Origin: Bdellovibrionota bacterium
GTDB lineage: Bacteria > Bdellovibrionota_C > UBA2361 > JBGSMV01
Reading direction: 5' to 3'
Assembly (NCBI GenBank): GCA_044356455.1
Contig: JBIKWF010000067.1
Coordinates: 1 to 22,627, forward strand
DNA length: 22,627 nt
The position numbers were made by a program, and so were the translations under genes. This document shows, in pieces, positions 15,419 through 22,627 of the stretch. The notes under the pieces are model-generated. The model made no database searches and was not told the DNA's origin. It worked only from the letters and a program-made list of their open reading frames with translations. Within the stretch, counting starts at the first letter, position 1. The number at the start of each line of letters is the position of its first letter.

Positions 15419-16372
15419 TTAGCTTGGAGTAGCCTCGTCGGCATCTTCTTCCCCAAAACGAGCGCCGATAATGATCGTGTTTATGGTTTGTGTGCTTTTC
15501 ACTCCGCCGCCGGCTGAGAACCGAATGAGGCGCTGAGAGTTCTCGTCTCCAGGGGCATAGACAAACGCGTAAAAATTCTTACCGTCTGGCGTCACCATGG
15601 TGTGGCCTCCTGCAATTCTCTGCACATTGCTCAAGGTGGAAAGGCATTTAGCTTTGCCTTTGGTGCTTAGTCGACATACGTCTACTTGAGAAGTAGACGG
15701 AGAAGCTAGACACACAAAATCTTGACGAACTTTATTTAGCTTGATGCGGTCACAAACGACAGGCGCCCCAGCTTTTGTGGTAATAGCGAAGGAGGTCGCA
15801 GACCCGCGTTTTAATTTAAATCTGACAAGTGAGCGCACGGTGCTATCGCTCGAGGGATGGCCGAGCACGTAATAGAAACCAGCTTGGCGCGCTATTGCTC
15901 CACCAATTGGTTCAATATCGAGGCTCGAGAAATCAACGAGGAGCGATGTCGCACCGGTCTTTTGATTTATCTTATAGATTCCACCGTTTCCCGTGTTGGA
16001 GTTGTAGAAGAGACCGAAAAGTTTCTTGCCGGAAAAGAAAAGAGCCTTTGCACTGTCGTCCCCTGTTGCAAGATCGAGATCTACATGGCTTATCACTCCG
16101 CTTGAAAGTGAGGCCTTGTAGAGAGCGTTCTCTGCTGCGCCGCTTGGCGTTGCAATATAGTAGAAATTATTTCCCTTACGCGCGACGGCGCCTAAGGTGT
16201 AGGAGGTGAGGGGCTCGGCAGCTTTCTGGGTGAGTACTCCGGTCGAGGAAATGGTAAAGAGAGTGCCGTCGGTGTTGAGCCCGGCCAGAGATGCTTCCGC
16301 GTTTGCCCTTGGAGCTTGCAGTGCCAGGACGGATAGTGAAAGGGCCAGGACTAAGGGCTTAAGAATGCGCAT
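15419..16372 (-). CDS. Secreted protein, probable six-bladed beta-propeller
   Basis: Signal peptide MRILKPLVLALSLSVLALQAPRANA. About six aromatic beta-rich repeats of roughly 45-50 aa (e.g. FYYIA...LYKASLSSG; LFGLF...IYKINQKTG). Four Cys. Confidence 0.8.
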   Translation of the reverse strand: MRILKPLVLALSLSVLALQAPRANAEASLAGLNTDGTLFTISSTGVLTQKAAEPLTSYTLGAVARKGNNFYYIATPSGAAENALYKASLSSGVISHVDLDLATGDDSAKALFFSGKKLFGLFYNSNTGNGGIYKINQKTGATSLLVDFSSLDIEPIGGAIARQAGFYYVLGHPSSDSTVRSLVRFKLKRGSATSFAITTKAGAPVVCDRIKLNKVRQDFVCLASPSTSQVDVCRLSTKGKAKCLSTLSNVQRIAGGHTMVTPDGKNFYAFVYAPGDENSQRLIRFSAGGGVKSTQTINTIIIGARFGEEDADEATPS

Positions 16373-16444
16373 GTGTGCCTCGCGGTAGGTGGATACCGCG
16401 AGTCAATCATATTTTGCCTGAGATGGCCTAGAGAAAAAATGCAA

Positions 16445-19417
16445 CTAGTCTTTGCCTTTAGGGAAGAGCTCCTTCGCATTCGGCACTCCCGCAAGCTCAC
16501 CCAGGGTCTTGCCATGAAGAGAAGATGGAGCCGAAGCTCGAATCTCGGCTTTCCCGTTCATGGGGAGAAGAGGCTCCAAGCGCTTATAAGCTTCTTCTAT
16601 CTCACGTACGAGAGTAGAGTTTACCCAGCGGACATGGGAGTCGAATCGGGTACTACTTACTGGAGAAGTTCGCCAACTTCTCTTAAGCAGGTTCCACGAA
16701 TCGCCAGTTCCGGGCACAAAACCGATTTGCCTCAAAAATTCGGCGCTACTGGCCTCACAAAGAAGAAGCGCCTGCTGGGCAAAGACTTCGTCGACTCTCT
16801 GGTAGCCGTGCACTGCCCTTGCAACGGACTTAAGTAAAGCATCGGGCGGGAGATAACGAATGACCGCTTCCTCTACCTTTTGGTCTGGCTGGCCTTGCCC
16901 CGGGAGTTGTATTGGGGCGCGTCTTTCGACCTCTGCTTTTTCTGCTTCGTCAAATCTTCCTACGAGTCGCATCTGAAGCTGCTTGCCCCTTGGAGTGCTT
17001 GCAATGCTCCCGGTAACAAAGGTCATGGGGGAGTATCGTGAAACGAACCTCTGTTCAGGATCAAACTTGCCCTGGCGTGCTGCGGCGAGAAGCTTAGGGA
17101 GCGCGTCCTTCTGTTCAGGAGTCAGTTGTCGCTGAAGGTTCTCTTCGGCAGTTATCACCTCGTTTGCAATCGTGGCCAAGGCACTCACCGTCGCCATTTC
17201 CTTAGGCGTAAGGTATGGCTGGCCAGTGTGCACACGCGTACATTGCGTAATTACCAGAAGTTTCTCGAGCTGTTCAATAACACGTAAATGAGCCTCTGCC
17301 TGTCCGCAAGGAACTAAGTCTTTGACCTTCTGGTAGAGGGCCGCCAAGGGTTCATTTTTTGCCTCTGAATCGCGGTAGAGACCCGCTTCGGCAATCCCTT
17401 TCACTTCTTGGATTTGTGACCTCAGTTTCTTTGCCTCTTCCCCTTCCTTATGCATGGTTTCAGCGCACAACCACTCGGCGCGCTTCACCACTTCACGGGG
17501 AGTAAGTCCATCGTGGCTTTCTGCATAGGCTTCTTCACTCTTAAGAAGGCCCTTGACGGGAAATATACGGGTAGAGCTGACTCGTGCCTGATCCTCCTCC
17601 GGGCGAAGATTCGCGATAGAATTCGCGATGCATTTCTTTTCTAGCATCGACCACTTTCGTAAAGCCGATACCACACCTCTACTCATCGAGATGAAATCTT
17701 CGATGTTCTTAGATCGGAAAAACGCCTGCTCATTCTCTTTTGGCGCACATGCAAGAAGTTCGAAGGCCTCTTTTAGGGCTGCAAAATCATGCTGTCCAAG
17801 AGTGCAGCCCGCAGCGGTTTGTTTTAAGCGCTCAAGCGGAACTCCCGGCCTTCGGCAGTCATCCTTCCAGCTACCTGGTTGGTCCTGAAAAAGAGGCCGA
17901 AAGAGTTCTATGGCTGACCAGAATTCAGTTCCGATTGGTGCGAGTGCTGCGCGGCAGGACTCCTCTCGGAATCGGTATAAAGATGAGCATGCTTCCTTAA
18001 CGTCTACTACTTGATTCTTAGCTATTTCTCCTGCGCTTTCCCCAGAGATTCCACGAACGTTGCGAACGATGGTTGCGGCCTTGCCTATGGATTCTAAAAG
18101 CTCGCGCATCTTTGGGGTTGCCTTACCGGCCTTCACTTGCTCTTCCAAGCCAGCGAGATATTTGAGGTCACTGCTAAGACCCGAAAAAACGCATTCCTTC
18201 CGCACAAAAGTACGGCGGGCTCTAAATGCCGCGAGCCGAGTAAGTCGCTCCTGAACCTCATCAAGGGGAAGTTTTCTGAGCCCTCCTTTGCGTAGTGCAT
18301 CAAAGTCTTCAACCACCCATTCCGGGACACCTCTTCGTGCCTCCTCGGTACTTAGCTCCCGAGCAAGCCAAGTAAGGAGATGCCCACGACTTTGCGCGCC
18401 GACCCCAAACCTTCTTCCTTCCGGGGTAAGTATGGTGTCGGAGAATCGCTGCATGTCGAGAATATCGAGACCTTCGCGAATCTCCTGTTGCAGCGCAGCA
18501 GCGAGCGCCACGCGCTCAGCAATAACTTTACTAAGCGGCCCCTTGTCTGGGTCGGGAGTATCTTTTTCGTCTGATTTACGGGTGCTTGCTTCTACTTCCA
18601 CCAAGTTCACTGGAGTGTCCTCAGACAGCCCGAGGCGCTTTTGAATATCGAGGATGTCTTGCTCGCGGGTAGCTATGGCGGCTTCAAGTTTTGCTAGCAG
18701 GGTCTTGTTATATGCTTCGAGCAACTTGGAATTGCTCTGCCATCCGCAAAGATGTCCAGGAATAGAGGGGTCTTTTGGGAAGAAAAGATGATAGACCGGA
18801 CCGCTCATTGCCTGAGCGCTTGAGCCGCCAATAACGAGCGGCTCAGCCAAACTTGGACTCTTTCGGCGACGAGAGGATGTTCCAGGCTCCTCCGCGGACG
18901 CGTTCACTAAGCGAGCTTCAAGGTTATCCCCGTAACGCTCTTTAAGCTGCTGCCGTGTTGGGGTGTCCACTTGGAAATCGGGGGACCCGAAAATAGTAAT
19001 CGGGCTCGGAAACCTGCTTGAGCCTTTAAGGGAATCCATGCAGGAGATGTGAGCAGCAATACTGCCCTTAAGTGTGAAGACGTAGGTATGAAAGCAGTCT
19101 ACGGTGCCTTTTAGTAGCTCTGCGTCTTGGCCCCCGGCGAGTAGAGTTCCCCGGCAAATACGCAGCGCCTCTTGTGCAATGTCTTTGTTGCTCCCTAGAA
19201 GTTCGATCAGTCTTTGACTTTGTCCTATTGAATCTCCAAGCAGGCTCGTAACTGTGCGTAGTGCAGTTACATCTTCCCCTTTGAGGCTCGAAATGAATTT
19301 ATTCGCCTTCGTCCTCACCGCAGGATCGGGCATCCCCGCGGCGGGCTGCGAAGCTCCGCCAGAGCCTGGGTGCTCGTGTGGACTATCCGGGGATCTAAGT
19401 GCGAAGCTATTTCTCAT
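16445..19417 (-). CDS. Large hypothetical protein (990 aa), predicted mostly alpha-helical
   Basis: Uninterrupted 3-kb ORF with ATG start. No signal peptide, TM segment or recognised motif. Confidence 0.88.
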   Translation of the reverse strand: MRNSFALRSPDSPHEHPGSGGASQPAAGMPDPAVRTKANKFISSLKGEDVTALRTVTSLLGDSIGQSQRLIELLGSNKDIAQEALRICRGTLLAGGQDAELLKGTVDCFHTYVFTLKGSIAAHISCMDSLKGSSRFPSPITIFGSPDFQVDTPTRQQLKERYGDNLEARLVNASAEEPGTSSRRRKSPSLAEPLVIGGSSAQAMSGPVYHLFFPKDPSIPGHLCGWQSNSKLLEAYNKTLLAKLEAAIATREQDILDIQKRLGLSEDTPVNLVEVEASTRKSDEKDTPDPDKGPLSKVIAERVALAAALQQEIREGLDILDMQRFSDTILTPEGRRFGVGAQSRGHLLTWLARELSTEEARRGVPEWVVEDFDALRKGGLRKLPLDEVQERLTRLAAFRARRTFVRKECVFSGLSSDLKYLAGLEEQVKAGKATPKMRELLESIGKAATIVRNVRGISGESAGEIAKNQVVDVKEACSSLYRFREESCRAALAPIGTEFWSAIELFRPLFQDQPGSWKDDCRRPGVPLERLKQTAAGCTLGQHDFAALKEAFELLACAPKENEQAFFRSKNIEDFISMSRGVVSALRKWSMLEKKCIANSIANLRPEEDQARVSSTRIFPVKGLLKSEEAYAESHDGLTPREVVKRAEWLCAETMHKEGEEAKKLRSQIQEVKGIAEAGLYRDSEAKNEPLAALYQKVKDLVPCGQAEAHLRVIEQLEKLLVITQCTRVHTGQPYLTPKEMATVSALATIANEVITAEENLQRQLTPEQKDALPKLLAAARQGKFDPEQRFVSRYSPMTFVTGSIASTPRGKQLQMRLVGRFDEAEKAEVERRAPIQLPGQGQPDQKVEEAVIRYLPPDALLKSVARAVHGYQRVDEVFAQQALLLCEASSAEFLRQIGFVPGTGDSWNLLKRSWRTSPVSSTRFDSHVRWVNSTLVREIEEAYKRLEPLLPMNGKAEIRASAPSSLHGKTLGELAGVPNAKELFPKGKD

Positions 19418-19858
19418 GGTGGTTTAACCGTCGTGATTCACAGCCTTCAAGGGCTGCGGGGAAGTCATCCAAAGAGAGTATCAGTACAACAAATCGTGGA
19501 GTGAATCTCCTGAGGCGCAATGCCCGCTGATACTCCAAAACTAAATCCCCACGGTACGGGTTATGTGTCCCAGAAGTCGCTAAGTGCCTTTATTCGGGGC
19601 TTTTTGCCCGGCGCGTGTTCCTGGTTGCCTAAGTTGTAGTATTATCTTGTAGATTCAAGTGGTTATATATCCGAAGACTTGCCCCGTTAGGTTCGCCTTA
19701 TGTGCTCTATAAATGAATAGGAGCTAGTAGTATCAACTCTGAGCTCGTAGTGGTTCAGAGAACATTTAACGATGAGACCTTCATCGCCTTGATCCTCTTC
19801 ATCACCTCGCGCGCTGTCCTCTGCGTCAGACGTTGTAGTACTTTAGTTGTCGAGAATT

Positions 19859-20887
19859 ATGACACGCCGGGAAATCAACAACGTCCGCCTTTCTGACAAC
19901 GTACGTTTTGCAGAAATGGCAGCGAAACATTTTGGTCTGCCTTGCCAAATGCTTGATGAGCATAGCGGATATTTGTGCCGAATCGGGAACGGATCTGATG
20001 CCTTTCTCATAGGAGGCGGAAACGTCTCTTCCTGGCCAGTGAACAATGCCACTGCATCAACTCTTGCTACCGATAAAGGGTTTACTGCGGTGGTGCTTGA
20101 GGAGCAGCAACTTCGCGCTCCGAAAGGTTCTACGATCTTCTTAAGTGATCGCTACGCGTTACTCCGCGAGAAGGGACGGGAGCTAAGCGATGCCTCTTCA
20201 ATCGCGGATGCTCTTGGCTGGCCAGTTATCGCTAAGCCGAACAACGGAAGCCGTGGAGCATTCGTACGCCTTTGTAAAGATGCCGAGGAGCTCGAGGCGC
20301 ATCTTGTTCGCATGGGTGAGAGATACGATATCGGGCTCGTGCAGGAATACGTGCGGGGAGACGAGTACCGTGTATTTGTCTTTGGTGAAGAAGCCGTTTT
20401 TTCATATCGTAAGCAGCGCGGAGCTATTGTTGGCGACGGCAAGCATGCAGTTGCCGAACTGATCGCGCGCCTTAGCGCTGAGCTTGTAGGACATGGACTT
20501 GATCCAATTGATCCGAAATCAAAGACGCTTGTGGATGCTATGGAGCGTCACCAACTCAGCATGCATAGCGTACTTCCTGGTGGGTTTAGCTTAGAGGTGG
20601 GAGCGCGAGCGAACCTTTCTGCGGGCGGCAGTCCTGCTGAATTCACCACGAAGGTTCCGCGTCTACTAGCGGAGACTGGCATTCGGGCAACGAAAGCCCT
20701 GGGCCTCGTGGTTGCAGGAGTAGATATCATTCTTCCAAAAGAGCCTACGCAGATTCCTGTGGTAATAGAAGTTAATTCGAATCCGGCCGTAACTTCGCTC
20801 GAAAAGGTAGATAGGCTTGATGTTGCCCTAAGCATTTTTGGAAGGATGTTTAAGCGCTTGCTCCCTCAAAAGGGTCATTATGAATGA
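19859..20887 (+). CDS. ATP-grasp ligase, cyanophycin synthetase/GshF-type
   Basis: ATDKGFT..VL, GWPVIAKPNNGSRG, LVQEYVRGDEYRV, IVGDGKHAVAELI, ANLSAGG, AGVDI, VIEVNSNP. The GDG..ELI insert and ANLSxGG are typical of CphA/GshF grasp domains. The ORF is open from 19847. Confidence 0.9.
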   Translation: MTRREINNVRLSDNVRFAEMAAKHFGLPCQMLDEHSGYLCRIGNGSDAFLIGGGNVSSWPVNNATASTLATDKGFTAVVLEEQQLRAPKGSTIFLSDRYALLREKGRELSDASSIADALGWPVIAKPNNGSRGAFVRLCKDAEELEAHLVRMGERYDIGLVQEYVRGDEYRVFVFGEEAVFSYRKQRGAIVGDGKHAVAELIARLSAELVGHGLDPIDPKSKTLVDAMERHQLSMHSVLPGGFSLEVGARANLSAGGSPAEFTTKVPRLLAETGIRATKALGLVVAGVDIILPKEPTQIPVVIEVNSNPAVTSLEKVDRLDVALSIFGRMFKRLLPQKGHYE

Positions 20888-22199
20888 GGTGCTGCGTGAC
20901 TTCGCCACGCGCCCAAAATTTGGAAGTGGGCCTGGGCTCTCGCGGAGCGAAAAATTATTAGAGCTTCTGAAGCTCACTCCCATGTCGACTATCGGAGTCA
21001 CGGGGAGTAATGGAAAGGGCTCTACCTCAACGATGGCGGCGGCTCTTCTCTCCGCGGCGGGGCTTCGCACTGGTCTCTATACTTCGCCTCATTTTCTTGA
21101 GCCCACAGAGAGATTTCGAATAGACGGAAATCCCATCTCTCTTGATCTGCTTGAAGATGCACTGAGGCAAGTAACTGAAGCTGCTGACAAGCTTGCCAAA
21201 GAGCTTGGGGAAGAGTTCTCTCGATTCGAGCTCCTGACCGCGGCAGCCTGGTATATTTTTAAGCAAGAGCGCGTCGATGCAGTAGTCATGGAGGTGGGAA
21301 TTGGAGGAAGGTACTGTCCTACCAAGTTAGGAAAGCCATCCGTTACTGCTCTTACTTCTCTTGATCTTGAGCATTCTGAGATTCTCGGATCCACGCTAGA
21401 GCTTATTGGCTGTGATAAACTTGAACTAACGCCCAAGGGTGGAGTCTGCTATGCGGCTCTACCTGAGAACTCTGCGCTAAGGAGTAACCTGGCAGACCAT
21501 GCGCGGAGTTTGGGAATTTCGCTTGTGCTACTAGAGGAGGCCTGGCCAAAGCTTCGCTACCTCTTGGGCGACAAGCCATGTCTTTCTGGAGTTACTTCTC
21601 AGGGGAATACGTTAGAAGTTCCTCTGCCCTTGCTGGGACCCTGGCAGGCAAAAAATGCGGCGCTTGCAATCTCCTGCGTCCAGGCAGCGCTTACTAACAT
21701 GGGGAAATCTGTTTCTTGGGAAGAATTTAAGGGCTGGACTGCGCGTGGATTGTCAGCGGCGCAAGTTCCAGGGCGGTTCACTCAAGTGCATGAAGCCCCT
21801 TTGGTGATTGTTGATGCGGCTCACACTCCTGATGCAATACGGCAAGTGGTCGAATTCATCAGTAAGAACCACGGAAAGGAAGGCGTGGTACTCTGCGGAA
21901 TATCCGCGAGCAAGCCAGTACCGGAGATGGCATTTCTCTTATCTTCTCTCCCCTATGATTTTTATGTCTCCACGACTACGCACGGGGGCGCAGATCCGCA
22001 ACTAATTTCCTCGGTGCTTCAGTCGAATTCCGCCTCAGTGCTTGGTCTCGGAGTTGACCTAAAAATGCTTTTGAGGCAAGCCATGGCGCGTGCTTCGCAA
22101 AGGGCAGTACCTCTTTTTGTGCTGGGCGGACTTTTCTTTGCCGCTGAGGTTTCGCGCACTCTTCTGGGCAAAGAAACTAGGGAACAAATATATTTGTGA
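20880..22199 (+). CDS. folC: FolC-like (folylpolyglutamate/dihydrofolate synthase family) Mur ligase, divergent
   Basis: VTGSNGKGST, GLYTSPH, ERFRIDG, FELLT, EVGIGGR, PGRF, IVDAAH. ATG at 20880 overlaps the upstream stop (ATGAATGA). Confidence 0.85.
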   Translation: MNEVLRDFATRPKFGSGPGLSRSEKLLELLKLTPMSTIGVTGSNGKGSTSTMAAALLSAAGLRTGLYTSPHFLEPTERFRIDGNPISLDLLEDALRQVTEAADKLAKELGEEFSRFELLTAAAWYIFKQERVDAVVMEVGIGGRYCPTKLGKPSVTALTSLDLEHSEILGSTLELIGCDKLELTPKGGVCYAALPENSALRSNLADHARSLGISLVLLEEAWPKLRYLLGDKPCLSGVTSQGNTLEVPLPLLGPWQAKNAALAISCVQAALTNMGKSVSWEEFKGWTARGLSAAQVPGRFTQVHEAPLVIVDAAHTPDAIRQVVEFISKNHGKEGVVLCGISASKPVPEMAFLLSSLPYDFYVSTTTHGGADPQLISSVLQSNSASVLGLGVDLKMLLRQAMARASQRAVPLFVLGGLFFAAEVSRTLLGKETREQIYL

Positions 22200-22244
22200 T
22201 GAGGGATCCTTGCTGCCCTCGCTCTCCACTTGAATGGGGCTCCG

Positions 22245-22430
22245 ATGAGAAAACTCGCGCTGCTTTTCCTCATGTTTGCCTTGATGCAGGGTTCATGGCT
22301 GCAAGCCGAAGCGTTAGATTCCAAGGGGTCTGAGACTAAGTTCAGTTGGGACACTAAAGTTCGTGTCCGCTATGAGCAGGATGTTCACTTCCTACTTGAA
22401 TGTTCGAGGAAACTCTGTGGATGGGGTTAA
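22245..22430 (+). pseudogene. Probable truncated N-terminus of a secreted/outer-membrane protein
   Basis: Signal peptide MRKLALLFLMFALMQGSWLQA, then FSWDTKVRVRYE (resembles a first beta-barrel strand of the RxRYE type). Stops after 61 aa, just before a repeat element. Confidence 0.45.
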
Positions 22431-22441
22431 GAAGGGATTAG

Positions 22442-22607
22442 CGCGGAGACACGGAGACCGCGGAGGGGAGATAGAATCGAGATTTTGCTCAGCTCTGTGC
22501 CTTAGCATAATTGCTAGATATGCCGAAAATTCGCAAACAAAATCCTGGTAACATCCAGAAAGTTATAAATTTGCAGGCGAACACTCCGCGGTCTCCGTGT
22601 CTCCGCG
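22442..22607. repeat. Perfect 24-bp inverted repeat of the periodic family with a 118-bp spacer
   Basis: CGCGGAGACACGGAGACCGCGGAG (22442-22465) is the exact reverse complement of 22584-22607. Confidence 0.92.
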
Positions 22608-22627
22608 ACCAAGGAGTGTGTCCCGTA

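Noticed and set aside
16373..16837. 154-aa plus-strand ORF
   Set aside because: It is mostly antisense to the 990-aa gene and has no recognisable motif.
19426..19562. 6S RNA or a known riboswitch
   Set aside because: Only a CCTTGAA resemblance to 6S. I could not match the overall consensus of 6S, c-di-GMP, TPP, SAM, FMN or cobalamin elements.
19859..22199. Calling the pair cphA (frameshifted cyanophycin synthetase)
   Set aside because: The second protein has FolC-specific motifs (TSPH, ERFRIDG, FELLT) and its own overlapping ATG, and the first lacks a full CphA N domain.
22610..22627. Possible start of another IS end (GGAGTGTGTCCCGTA)
   Set aside because: It is cut by the window edge, and no partner repeat or transposase is visible.

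Overview
Bacterial chromosomal window of moderate GC, dominated by orphan genes. Recognisable genes are a DUF445 membrane protein, a membrane-anchored lytic-transglycosylase (SLT)-like protein whose catalytic motif is degenerate, greB, an AAA_14/DUF4143 ATPase, a secreted beta-propeller-like protein, and an overlapping pair of a CphA/GshF-type ATP-grasp ligase and a divergent FolC-type Mur ligase. Two very large orphans are present (about 1840 aa, with annexin-like repeats, a hydrophobic hairpin and a Pro-rich linker; and 990 aa). Intergenic DNA holds at least eight copies of a 9-nt-periodic palindromic repeat family. Some copies are wrapped in IS5-subgroup-like terminal inverted repeats (TIRs) with CTAA target-site duplications (TSDs), i.e. 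MITEs, and a pair of such ends brackets greB. No transposase, rRNA, tRNA or CRISPR array was seen. All domain calls are by-eye motif recognition, not database searches.
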